64,000 bases of DNA, from NCBI GenBank assembly GCA_030427125.1, contig JAUHXF010000001.1, positions 116,102-180,101 of the forward strand. The letters run 5' to 3'. Made by a program: the position numbers and the translations under genes. Positions 19,824 to 29,863 of the stretch are shown piece by piece. The stretch is from a bacterium. GTDB taxonomy: Bacteria; Patescibacteriota; Saccharimonadia; Saccharimonadales; SZUA-47. Below the pieces are notes generated by a model. That model did no database searches. It had not been told where the DNA came from and saw nothing but the letters and a program-made list of their open reading frames with translations. Within the stretch, counting starts at the first letter, position 1, and every line of letters starts with the position of its first letter.

Positions 19824-22800
19824 GTGAGGTTTTTTCGGCGCAGCCACTATGTGGTTGTTGCTTTGTTTTTACTTGTGCAGTTTTTGCCAGCTGATCAATT
19901 ACGTACACTTCTGCCGAAAGCACATGCTGCACCTGGTGATGGTCATATGTTGTTGTTCTGGGATGGCGGAAGTGCGCCGAGTGGTTGGAGTTGCGTGTCT
20001 TGCAGCCCGGGTGATGATTTCTATCAAAGATTCATTCGAGGTAATGATGCCTATGGAGCTACTGGTGGTGCCGCAACGCATACACACACGGCTGATGGTT
20101 CGGTTGACGAGACAACCACGCCAATGCCGGCTCGATCGCGCAATACACCACCGAACGACATTCACGAAAATGATCATACACATACATTTAGTCCGACGAT
20201 TGGAACTGCTAGCAATCTCCCTGAATACAGACAGCTGCAAGTTATCAGACACGACACTGCAGGTGATCCTGCAACGCTACCGGCTGGTGCAATAGCAATA
20301 TTTGACGCCGCAGTGCCAACTGGCTGGACGAGGTATTCAGCGCAAGATGGTCGATATATACGTGGTGAAAACACTGTTGGCACAACGGGCGGTTCGAATA
20401 CGCATACCCATGCCATAACGGGCACAACCGGCACAGCTCAGGGTGCTGATCGTGAACGAAACATAAACGGTACACAAACAAATGTTGCTGATGGGGCACA
20501 TACGCATGATGCATCGGGGACTTCCGCGAGCACGAGCAACGAGCCACCGTATATTGAGGTCATTCTCGGCGAATTGGACGCTGGTGCTGCCCCGCCAAAT
20601 GACATGTATGCAATGTGGGATGATGACCCGACAACAGCGTGGTCTGTGAAGAGTGAGAGTGGTGGTGTCTTCCACCAGGCGTTCTTTAAAGGTGCGAGTT
20701 CATATGGTGCTACCGGCGGGAGTGAGTCGCACAGTCATGCAGATGTGAGTTATGAATCAGGTTTACCAAGTGCGACGACTACCTCACGAACAAACGGTAC
20801 GGTCCGCGCCGCAGACGATCAGCATACGCACACGATAAACGTCACGAATTTCTCCGACGTGAATCATCTGCCGCCGTATATCGACGTTATTATTGCCAAG
20901 AAACAAGCTCCAAGTACACTGGAGCAATCATCATACCGATGGTTTAGAAACCAAGATAGTACAGATGCTGGAACGTCGCTCGCTGCTGAGAACACCGCAG
21001 CAACTGCACCACCTCAGGGCAAAGAATTTCGTTTGCGCTTCACAATTGGTGTCAGCGATGTCGACATGGGGTTGAACGGAGAGACCATGAAGCTGCAGGT
21101 TGCGCAACGCGTAGGTGCGTGTGATACGAGTTTCATCGGCGAAACATACAGTGATGTATCAGATTCATCTGGTGTGATTCGTTTTGCTAATAATCCTACG
21201 CCAGATGACGGCGATTCGTTAACGACAATTGCTAATGATCCAACTGGCGGAGGCGGGACGGTTGTCGCGCAAAGCTATGAAGAGTCTGGCGGTTTTTCCA
21301 ATACAGAAGCAGCAATAGATATTGGTGAAGATGGATTGTGGGACGTGGCGTTGGTCGATGATTCAGCACCGGCTTCAACAGCGTATTGTTTCCGTGTGGT
21401 GCGTAGCTCTGGATCAAGCCTAGATTACTACAGCGAAATACCAGAAATCACCACTGATGACGGGCTTGGTCATATGCTGCTGTTTTGGGATGGAGTTAGT
21501 GTGCCGAGCGGCTGGAGCTGTGTGTCGTGCAACCCAGGTGATGATTTCTATCAACGCTTTCCACGCGGCGAGACTACCTACGGAGCAACTGGAGGTAGTG
21601 CTGCGCACTCGCACACCGCAGACGGAACAGTTGGGGCGCAATCAGCCTTATCAGGAAGAAGTAGTGCAGGCACTGGATTCATTCGGGCACACGATCACTC
21701 CATTACGCCGATCATTGGCAATGCTAGTAACTTGCCGGTGTATAGACAGCTGCAGGTAATTCGCTTTGACAGCAGTGGAACTCCGACGACAATTCCAGCT
21801 GGTGCAATAGCAATTTTTGACGCAGCTGTACCAACAGGCTGGACGAGGTATTCAGTGCAAGATGGTAATTACATTCGCGGTGAGAGCACTGTAGGATCAA
21901 CTGGTGGTAGCAACACTCATACCCATACGATTACTGGTACAACAAGCATAGGTACAGGGACTATTCGAGGTCAAAACACAAATAATACCCAAGGCCCCGC
22001 ACCAACTGATACACACACCCACACAATCTCTGATAATTCAGACTCTGTGAGTAACGAACCGCCGTACATCGAAACGATCTTGGGCTCAATAAACGCCAAT
22101 GGCTCTGCGCCATCAAACATGCTAGCTATGTGGGATGGAGTTATGCCTGGTACCTGGACATCGCAATCAGACGCCGTAGGCGCATTTAACCAGAACTTCA
22201 TGAAGCCTGCAGCAACCTATGGCGCGACTGGCGGAAGTGCGACGCACTCACATGGCACAACTATCACGACATCATCCGGACCAAGTGCAACGGCGACAAC
22301 TAGAACGGGTGGGACGAACCTAAGTTCAGCAACGCACACGCACCAAGTTACAATTGATAATTTCTCTGACGTGAATCACCTACCACCTTACATCGATGTC
22401 ATTATCGGAAAGCTAACAGGCACCAATACTGGGCCAAATATACCGACCGCTTTGGATCAAATTCGCGTAAGTGACAGTTCATCGGTGGCGGTTGGTGGGT
22501 TCACCAATAATGGACAAGTTGAATTCACGGCGCAAGCTACAGACACTGACAATCCAGACGATTTGCAATTGTGCGTCGAGGTGCTTCCTATCGGCAGTCC
22601 ATTCACGAATGTTGAGTTGCAATGCGGCACAGCGGCGACCTACAGTGGCTCAGCGGTTAGCGTGTCAGTTACTATTTCGGGACTCAGTGATGGTACAAGC
22701 TACCATTGGCAAGCGCGGATTAAGGACGGAGCGGGGGCGACATCTGGCTGGGTGAGTTTTGGTGCAAACCCAGAGGCAAATGCTGATTTCATTGATGACT

Positions 22801-23627
22801 CTACTGATCCGAGCGGAACGGTATTTGACGGCTCGACTACGGGATTTGATGCTGATTTCAACGATGGCTCACTTGATACTTTGGAGGCGAATTGGAACAT
22901 CACAGACGGCGGTTCAGGAATCTCTGAGTACGAATATGCTATCGGCACGAGCGCAGGCGGAACGGATATTGTTGCCTACACGAGCAACGGAACAACCGAT
23001 TCAGTAACCGCAGGGTCACTTACGCTAGAGACTTCACTGCCGTACTATTTCTCCATTCGTACAACTGACAATGCCGATAATCAGATTATAATAACTAGCG
23101 ATAGTCAGCTTGTCGCACCGACGCTTACATTTAGCACGAGCACATCAGGCGGTGTACAGTTTGATAATCTGAACGCAAATAATAACTACACAGACACGAA
23201 AACTACCGTGTTAACAACGTCAACAAATGCACGAAATGGCTACGCGGTGCGTGCCTATACAACTGGGCTCTTAGAGAATAGCTACTTCGATGTTATTAGC
23301 AACTTTACTGGCGGCACCTACGCGGCCCCAGATACATGGCAGAGTGGTGATGTTGGCTACGGCTATACGTCTAATGACACACAGGTGCAGGGATCTAATA
23401 TCTTCAATGCAGTAACGTGTCCAGGTGGTGGATCAGGAAGCTCATGTTACGCGCCGTTTAGTCAGACAGCTCCGGGCGACATAGTTGCGGACAACGAGTC
23501 AACGATTACCGGGACGCCTATTACGAGTGAGCAATTCATCATTACGCATCGCGTCACAACAGATGCAAATCAAGAAGCCGGGCAGTACCAGACAATAGTC
23601 ATATTCCAGGCCACAGCAAAGTATTAG
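19824..23627 (+). CDS. Giant secreted adhesin-like protein: 2x3 phage tail-collar/His-x-His repeats, Fn3-like domains, WxL/Csu-like C-terminal domain
   Basis: Signal peptide (AHA-A); repeats P.GW...(F/Y).RG...G.TGG..HTH...HTH...PPY; C-terminus shared with 23753-28885 and 29864-30922. Confidence 0.8.
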   Translation: MRFFRRSHYVVVALFLLVQFLPADQLRTLLPKAHAAPGDGHMLLFWDGGSAPSGWSCVSCSPGDDFYQRFIRGNDAYGATGGAATHTHTADGSVDETTTPMPARSRNTPPNDIHENDHTHTFSPTIGTASNLPEYRQLQVIRHDTAGDPATLPAGAIAIFDAAVPTGWTRYSAQDGRYIRGENTVGTTGGSNTHTHAITGTTGTAQGADRERNINGTQTNVADGAHTHDASGTSASTSNEPPYIEVILGELDAGAAPPNDMYAMWDDDPTTAWSVKSESGGVFHQAFFKGASSYGATGGSESHSHADVSYESGLPSATTTSRTNGTVRAADDQHTHTINVTNFSDVNHLPPYIDVIIAKKQAPSTLEQSSYRWFRNQDSTDAGTSLAAENTAATAPPQGKEFRLRFTIGVSDVDMGLNGETMKLQVAQRVGACDTSFIGETYSDVSDSSGVIRFANNPTPDDGDSLTTIANDPTGGGGTVVAQSYEESGGFSNTEAAIDIGEDGLWDVALVDDSAPASTAYCFRVVRSSGSSLDYYSEIPEITTDDGLGHMLLFWDGVSVPSGWSCVSCNPGDDFYQRFPRGETTYGATGGSAAHSHTADGTVGAQSALSGRSSAGTGFIRAHDHSITPIIGNASNLPVYRQLQVIRFDSSGTPTTIPAGAIAIFDAAVPTGWTRYSVQDGNYIRGESTVGSTGGSNTHTHTITGTTSIGTGTIRGQNTNNTQGPAPTDTHTHTISDNSDSVSNEPPYIETILGSINANGSAPSNMLAMWDGVMPGTWTSQSDAVGAFNQNFMKPAATYGATGGSATHSHGTTITTSSGPSATATTRTGGTNLSSATHTHQVTIDNFSDVNHLPPYIDVIIGKLTGTNTGPNIPTALDQIRVSDSSSVAVGGFTNNGQVEFTAQATDTDNPDDLQLCVEVLPIGSPFTNVELQCGTAATYSGSAVSVSVTISGLSDGTSYHWQARIKDGAGATSGWVSFGANPEANADFIDDSTDPSGTVFDGSTTGFDADFNDGSLDTLEANWNITDGGSGISEYEYAIGTSAGGTDIVAYTSNGTTDSVTAGSLTLETSLPYYFSIRTTDNADNQIIITSDSQLVAPTLTFSTSTSGGVQFDNLNANNNYTDTKTTVLTTSTNARNGYAVRAYTTGLLENSYFDVISNFTGGTYAAPDTWQSGDVGYGYTSNDTQVQGSNIFNAVTCPGGGSGSSCYAPFSQTAPGDIVADNESTITGTPITSEQFIITHRVTTDANQEAGQYQTIVIFQATAKY

Positions 23628-23692
23628 TAACACCTTGTAAACCGGTAAGTAGGCTACCGGATGGTTTATGGGCGAATCTATTTGTAAATTGC

Positions 23693-23721
23693 TTGTGCTT
23701 ACCTCTGTTTTTATATAGAAT
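23693..23721 (+). promoter_or_regulatory. Sigma70-type promoter with locus-specific spacer motif
   Basis: TTGTGC-17-TAGAAT, spacer TTACCTCTGTTTTTATA. Confidence 0.6.
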
Positions 23722-23752
23722 AAGCATAAGTATCTCGCAAAGGTGACTTGAA

Positions 23753-26700
23753 ATTAAAAATAGGGCGCAACTATTTCAGTCTAATCTTGTACGTGGTCGT
23801 TTTTTAATCACGGTACTGCTGTTTTTGGTGACTGAGTTTACTTTTTTGCTTAGTTTTATCCAGCCGGCTGCAGCTGCCGGAGAAATATTCCGTACGACTA
23901 CCTATGAGATAGAGGCAGGAACTTTTACGAGTACAGTCTATTCACTGACACTCAATAACAACCTAGAGAACAACTACTTCACGATGATAAGCGGTCCATC
24001 GGAAGCTACCGGATCTCGAGCACCAAACGCTGATCGGGTACGGGTGACTGCAGATCCACATAGTAATTTTGCTAGCACTACAGCCTCAAACCAACTGGAG
24101 CTTACACGCAATAATGCGACCAATGACTGGATAGGAGCCCTTACAGTAGTTGAGTGTCTCAGTAACTGTGCAACAAAAGGGTTTGTTCTGTCAGAAATTC
24201 TTGAGACAGATTTAGCGGCAGGTACTGCCAATACACTACAAACAGTGAACGATACCTTAAGTGCAAGCCACACTGCTCAAACAGTACCGTTTGGCGGTAG
24301 GTTCGGTGGCGGCATGGAAAGTGCTGGTACGGATTCAAATGCATATGCGACAACTGTTGGTATTAAAATAACTAAAACTAGCACTAATCAAATTACGTAT
24401 GAACGTTATGGCGCTGAGAGCCGTGCTCCAGCCGCGGGGACTGTGACAACGTATATCACCGAATGGGGAAGTGAATGGACTGTGCAAGATGTGAGCGTGT
24501 CAGGCACGAATGCAGGTTCGGGTATTGATGCAACGAATGAATACGAGACAACAAGCATCACATCAGTGGTTCGCGATAATACGTTTGTCTGGGGTGGTGG
24601 CTACTCCTATGATGATGGGCTTGGTGATGGTGCACTTGGTCAAGTAATCACTCTTGGTGATGGTGTGTCTCAGAATGCAACTGAAACGCTGGTTGCAGTT
24701 GGTGCTGAAGGTGGGCAGGTATCACCAGGTAGAGATTTTCAAGTCTATGTTTTAGAGCATGAGGGTTTAGCAGTTGACTATCGTTTCCGAGCACGAGGTG
24801 ACCAAGGCAGTAGTACTGGCTATCAAGAGTTAACTCAAACAGTTGATGCACCAATTGGATTAGAAACAAGAGATAATACTGCCACTGATGTGAGGTATAC
24901 GGAAGGCTTTCGTGTGCCATTGTTCTACAACACCTCAGGAGGGACGGGTCAAGCATATTCACGAACCGGCGCCTGGGGCCTTAGGCACACTGATGTAACC
25001 GAGATCACTTATTGGCGTGCTTATGCGGGTCAGCCAATAACTGGGTGGTTTCAGTCAATTGATTTCGCAGACATAAAATTCACCAATGTGATTACTCGGC
25101 AAGAGGCTTTTCGCTGGCGAGACGACTCAACAGATCTCAATACCGACGGTGGCTGGTTGGCATCAGAAGATACCAATCTCGGTGATCAAGCAAAGAATAC
25201 TAATTTGCGCCTACGCATTAAGTCATCAAATTTTGGTACAACACCTGAAACAGCCGCTAAGACTTACGAATTGCAGTTTAGCGAGAAAACATCTGCGTCT
25301 TGCAATGCTCTTGGTTCTTGGGTTGGTATCTCTGATAGCACTACGGACGCCTTTGCCCTGTATGATTCACCAAACATCGATCCTGATGGAGAGGTCACGA
25401 CACTAGGTTTGCTGTCAAACGGAGATGGCTTCACGTATGTCAACGGAGAAGGTCGTGAACTTGCAGATACGACAAACTCTATTGGACCTATAGCAAATAG
25501 CGCCTACACAGAAATCGAGTATGCGTTACGTCCAACTGATGAAGCAATCACGGGCAAAACCTATTGTTTTAGACTGTTCGACACGACTGCTAGCATGCCA
25601 CTTGATGGATATACAGTATATCCAGAACTTACTATTGAATCTGTTGTTATCGATGCTGTTTCTGGTCTAGGCGAAGCTGGCACATTTAGCTCAGCCGTCG
25701 ATGGAGGCTGGACGACAATTAACTTCTTGGGCACATACATGAACCCTGTCGTTGTCGGGACAACAAATACGCAGAACGGAGAGGATGCGTTAGTGTTTGA
25801 AGCACGTAATGTAACCGGTACGAGTGCTGAAATGCGCGTCTGTGAGTCAGAAGGAGCTGCCGCAAACGGCTGTGATACACACGCATCAGAGACAGTTGGG
25901 TATATGGTGATTGATGCAGCCGTGGCCGCAACAACGGACGGTATTGAAGCTGGGACATTCTCTGCTGATGGCGATTTTGACACCGATGCAGTAACGACAT
26001 CTTATCCGACTGCTTTTTCTTCGGCGCCATACGTATTTGCCAATGTTAATACGGTGAATTCATCTGATGAGCCGGTCGAAGTGATGGTCAGAGGTGTTAC
26101 AGCATCAACTTTTACAGCGGGACTATGTCATCAGTTAGTTGGTCCAGATTTAAATAGCTGTGACACAACACATGGATCAGAGACAGTTGGATGGGTGGCA
26201 ATTGAACCAGGCAATGAACCTTTTTCGGAGCAGTTTGACACGGGTGATGTGTCAATTGGTAACAGCACTTGGACGCCTATTACATTCAGTCCTTCTTTTG
26301 CTGCGCCTCCAGTCGTGATCGTCGAGTCACAGACAGACAACGGAGGTGAGGACGCGGTGCTTGATGAAGCTCGATTGGTAACAACAACAGGTGCTGATAT
26401 CCGTTTCTGTGAAATGGAAAATTTTGATACTTGCGATAGCCATAATGCTGATGATATTGCGTGGTTTGCTATCGAGCCGGGTCAATTCTCAGAAGCACTC
26501 GCACTTGATCAGGACGGCTATCGGTTCTATGAAAATGCTGATGCACTGACTCCAGCCGTTTCGTTAGATGCAGAAAATACTGAGATAGCAAATGTTGATA
26601 GCGGCGATGTGCTACGGCTGCGCTTGGCAGTACAGTCGGGTTCGCAAGCTACCGTTGTCGATGCCTTTGAGCCTAAACTCCAGTATGGCGTCGGTACCAC

Positions 26701-28885
26701 GTGCTCTGCTGTAGGCACATGGAATGATGTTGGTGGAATTGGCTCAGGTACAATCTGGCGTGGATATAATAATGCAACACCGTCCGATGCAGCGACGCTT
26801 CCGAGCTCACTATTAGATGGAGGTGCTAACACGCTGCAAACTTATGAAGAGGCGAATGATGCCTTGTCAAATCCAAACCTCATCCCGGCTAATAGTCGTG
26901 GTGAATGGGATTGGGTTATACAAAATAATGGCGCTGCAAACTTTACCAGTTATTGTTTCCGTATGGTGACTGTTGCTGGCGATCCAATTAATTATGCACT
27001 ATACCCACGATTAACAACGTCAACTGGTGTGGTCAACTCGGCACCGAACGACCCTATGAATCTTACGCAAGAACGAACAACAGGTGTGAATATTGCAGTT
27101 GGTGAGCTGATCAATACCGGCTCAGTAGTATTCAAGGCAGACATAAGTGATCAGAATGCTAATGACATTATCGAGCTTTGTATAGAAGTCAAAGAAGTCG
27201 GCCAAGCTTTTACTGATACTGAAGACAGCTGCAGTTCAAGCTATGTATATAACGGCTCCATGGTCGCAGCGGAACACACTATATCGGGTTATGAACACAA
27301 TACAACATACCACTGGCAAGCTCGCGTTAAAGACGCTGCTGGTTTGTATTCTGCCTGGGCTAGTTTTGGGGGTAATAGCGAAAATGCGCCAGACTTCGAT
27401 GTTGATACGGTTGACCCGGAGGTAATCGTCTATGATGGTATGACTCTAGGAGCAGACATTGAATTTAACGACGGGTCACTTAATACGCTCAGTGCAGTAT
27501 GGGAACTGCAAGACGAAGACGTTCCGACTGATTTTAGCGGCTTGGCACTATGGCTCGATGGTGCAGATGTCAACGCAGATGGTTCAACAGTTTCAGATGG
27601 AGCTGCAGTAAGCACATGGTTTGATAAATCAGGTAACGGGAATGATATAGCCGGTACTGGCGCCTCGACTTATAGCTCAGCAAACCAGGCGCCCGGATAC
27701 AGTGGCACGGCACAGCCATTCGATGATACTTACGATCGATCTGGTGGAAACGTAAACTCACAAACGTCATTCAGCGTTGTGACTGGTGATAATACAGATA
27801 CAAATGCCGTATGGTATGAGACTACGACACCTCGTGTTGCGCCAGGAGAACAAGGGCTACTGGGTGGCGGCACAACTCTTACAAACAATAACTTGTATGG
27901 AAGCTTTATTAGCAGTCAGCAACTCGTAACTTTGGAATATCTATCGTCGGGTGCTTCAACAAGCTGGCTTGATCGTAGCCAAGAGTTCTCATTCTCCGAG
28001 ACGCAGATTTTCGCTGATTCACAACGGTTGGTTATTGGTGATGACACAACTGGTGGAAACCCGCTGCAGTCGAATGAATATGTTCATGAATTAATTGTCT
28101 ATAATCAAGATTTGACGGCTGCGGAACGAAAAGCTGTATGGAACTACCTCGAGTGTAAATGGGGTCTCAAAGATTGTACTGTTACATATGAATACTCAAT
28201 TGGTACCTCTCCAGACGGGACTGATCTTGTCGATTGGACTTCTACAGGGACAACAACAACATTTACCGCCAGCACTCTTAATCTAGAAACTTCAGATATA
28301 TATTACGTCAATATTAGAGCAACAGATCCTGCTGGTAATCAGAAAGTCTTTAACTCTGATGGTCAGCAGGTAGCACCATCGCTTACATTCTCCACGTCGA
28401 CATCCAGTGGTGTAGTTTTTGATAATCTCAATGCCGGTAATAGTTTTACCGACACAGAGTCGACCATACTCACAACGAGTACAAATGCTCGAAATGGCTA
28501 TGCAGTTCGCTCATATATAACCGGTTCATTAGAGAATGTACTTCTAGATACGATAGGCGAGTTTGACGGTGGTACTTATGCTGCTCCTGACACCTGGCAA
28601 GGTGGGGATGAAGGCTATGGTTATACGTCTAGCGATACACTAGTTGATGGTGTAAATCGATTTAATGCAGCAACATGTCCGGGTGGTGGTAGTGGTGGTC
28701 CGTGTTTCGCGCCATTTAGTTTATCTGCCCCTGGCGACATAGTGGCAGACAATCTTGGTCCAGTAGTCGGAACACCAATCTCCAATGAGCAATTTACTAT
28801 TACGCATCGAGTCACAACAAATGCCTCGCAGTCTTATGGCACGTATCAGACTTCAGTGATATTTCAAGCAACAGCTGTATACTAA
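23753..28885 (+). CDS. Giant secreted adhesin-like protein: triple H-type-lectin-like repeat, LamG-like insert, Fn3-like domains, WxL/Csu-like C-terminal domain
   Basis: ORF track starts at 23825, but the frame is open from 23747 and encodes the complete signal peptide; start uncertain (ATT 23753 or TTG 23825). Confidence 0.8.
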   Translation: MKNRAQLFQSNLVRGRFLITVLLFLVTEFTFLLSFIQPAAAAGEIFRTTTYEIEAGTFTSTVYSLTLNNNLENNYFTMISGPSEATGSRAPNADRVRVTADPHSNFASTTASNQLELTRNNATNDWIGALTVVECLSNCATKGFVLSEILETDLAAGTANTLQTVNDTLSASHTAQTVPFGGRFGGGMESAGTDSNAYATTVGIKITKTSTNQITYERYGAESRAPAAGTVTTYITEWGSEWTVQDVSVSGTNAGSGIDATNEYETTSITSVVRDNTFVWGGGYSYDDGLGDGALGQVITLGDGVSQNATETLVAVGAEGGQVSPGRDFQVYVLEHEGLAVDYRFRARGDQGSSTGYQELTQTVDAPIGLETRDNTATDVRYTEGFRVPLFYNTSGGTGQAYSRTGAWGLRHTDVTEITYWRAYAGQPITGWFQSIDFADIKFTNVITRQEAFRWRDDSTDLNTDGGWLASEDTNLGDQAKNTNLRLRIKSSNFGTTPETAAKTYELQFSEKTSASCNALGSWVGISDSTTDAFALYDSPNIDPDGEVTTLGLLSNGDGFTYVNGEGRELADTTNSIGPIANSAYTEIEYALRPTDEAITGKTYCFRLFDTTASMPLDGYTVYPELTIESVVIDAVSGLGEAGTFSSAVDGGWTTINFLGTYMNPVVVGTTNTQNGEDALVFEARNVTGTSAEMRVCESEGAAANGCDTHASETVGYMVIDAAVAATTDGIEAGTFSADGDFDTDAVTTSYPTAFSSAPYVFANVNTVNSSDEPVEVMVRGVTASTFTAGLCHQLVGPDLNSCDTTHGSETVGWVAIEPGNEPFSEQFDTGDVSIGNSTWTPITFSPSFAAPPVVIVESQTDNGGEDAVLDEARLVTTTGADIRFCEMENFDTCDSHNADDIAWFAIEPGQFSEALALDQDGYRFYENADALTPAVSLDAENTEIANVDSGDVLRLRLAVQSGSQATVVDAFEPKLQYGVGTTCSAVGTWNDVGGIGSGTIWRGYNNATPSDAATLPSSLLDGGANTLQTYEEANDALSNPNLIPANSRGEWDWVIQNNGAANFTSYCFRMVTVAGDPINYALYPRLTTSTGVVNSAPNDPMNLTQERTTGVNIAVGELINTGSVVFKADISDQNANDIIELCIEVKEVGQAFTDTEDSCSSSYVYNGSMVAAEHTISGYEHNTTYHWQARVKDAAGLYSAWASFGGNSENAPDFDVDTVDPEVIVYDGMTLGADIEFNDGSLNTLSAVWELQDEDVPTDFSGLALWLDGADVNADGSTVSDGAAVSTWFDKSGNGNDIAGTGASTYSSANQAPGYSGTAQPFDDTYDRSGGNVNSQTSFSVVTGDNTDTNAVWYETTTPRVAPGEQGLLGGGTTLTNNNLYGSFISSQQLVTLEYLSSGASTSWLDRSQEFSFSETQIFADSQRLVIGDDTTGGNPLQSNEYVHELIVYNQDLTAAERKAVWNYLECKWGLKDCTVTYEYSIGTSPDGTDLVDWTSTGTTTTFTASTLNLETSDIYYVNIRATDPAGNQKVFNSDGQQVAPSLTFSTSTSSGVVFDNLNAGNSFTDTESTILTTSTNARNGYAVRSYITGSLENVLLDTIGEFDGGTYAAPDTWQGGDEGYGYTSSDTLVDGVNRFNAATCPGGGSGGPCFAPFSLSAPGDIVADNLGPVVGTPISNEQFTITHRVTTNASQSYGTYQTSVIFQATAVY

Positions 28886-28891
28886 TTGGCA

Positions 28892-29800
28892 ATGAAGTAC
28901 GCGTTATTTGGTTTTGGTGTATTGCTGAGTTTCGTATGTATCGCAAAAACTGGACTCGCACAGCAAGAGACACAACTAGTAGTGACGCCAGCTATTATTG
29001 ATGCGCCAGCAGTCGCCGGTGAATCTACAAAACGTACGATACAGATAAGTAATAACAATGATTATGCACTGCCAATTAGTGTTGAAGTGCAATCAGCTGT
29101 TATCGATGGTGAACCTCTTGAGGGAGTGAGTAACGACCGGTATGATGTGAGTAATTGGGTCTCCTTTGACAAAAAAACCTATATTTTTGAATCTGGAGAG
29201 ACGCGGCAAATACCATTTACTATTACGCCTCCGTTTACTGCTTCAGCTGGCGGACATTATGCACAGATTAGTATTCGAGGGTTAACCCTCGAATCTTCAT
29301 CAGGGCAGCAAGGACTTGTATTCCCTGAGATTGGTGTGCCGTTACTCGTAACGGTGCCGGGTGAAATCGTTGAGGATGCTCGTGTTCAGGATGTGTCGAT
29401 ATTTCCTCGATTCGTAACACCAAACAAACCAATTGATATCGAAATACCCGTTGAAAATATTGGAACGGTACATAATCTTGTTCGAGTGAAGATGGTCTTT
29501 GTGCAGGGTGATTCGGTTGTTGATGAACTAGAGTTACCGCCAGGAATTATTCTCCCTGGCACGAGGAAGCTCTTCCGTGGTGTGTGGCAGCCAGAACAAT
29601 ATGGGCAGTTTGATGCCTATGTAGAATTGGCGTATGGGTCTAATCGCACTACAACACGATCGCAAGCAGAACAGGTGCTTGTCATGCCTCCTGTCAGCTC
29701 ACTTATCTTACTTGGAATTTTTGTGTGGCTAGGTACTTATCTATGGCCGCGTCGGCAGAATATTGTAGGTGCTATTAAAACAATATTTACAGCTCAATAA
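28892..29800 (+). CDS. DUF916/PapD-like Ig-fold protein with C-terminal membrane anchor
   Basis: Signal peptide, LVVTPAIID, W......GETR.I.FTI..P..A..GGHYA, N.G.VH, C-terminal TM + RR. Confidence 0.75.
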   Translation: MKYALFGFGVLLSFVCIAKTGLAQQETQLVVTPAIIDAPAVAGESTKRTIQISNNNDYALPISVEVQSAVIDGEPLEGVSNDRYDVSNWVSFDKKTYIFESGETRQIPFTITPPFTASAGGHYAQISIRGLTLESSSGQQGLVFPEIGVPLLVTVPGEIVEDARVQDVSIFPRFVTPNKPIDIEIPVENIGTVHNLVRVKMVFVQGDSVVDELELPPGIILPGTRKLFRGVWQPEQYGQFDAYVELAYGSNRTTTRSQAEQVLVMPPVSSLILLGIFVWLGTYLWPRRQNIVGAIKTIFTAQ

Positions 29801-29803
29801 AGC

Positions 29804-29832
29804 TTGCGCTTTACTCTTGATTTCGGTACAAT
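29804..29832 (+). promoter_or_regulatory. Internal promoter for the small WxL-like subunit
   Basis: TTGCGC-17-TACAAT, followed by SD GAGAGGG before ATG 29864. Confidence 0.6.
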
Positions 29833-29863
29833 TTCAAGGAATTCTACAAAGAGAGGGTATTAC

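Noticed and set aside
19824-23627. Prophage, suggested by tail-fibre-like motifs
   Set aside because: The protein has a Sec signal peptide and cell-surface domains, and no capsid, terminase, integrase or lysis genes are in the window
23112-28882. Diversity-generating retroelement TR/VR pair (similar C-terminal coding regions)
   Set aside because: Both copies are coding, differences are not confined to adenines, and no reverse transcriptase is present; this is ordinary paralogy
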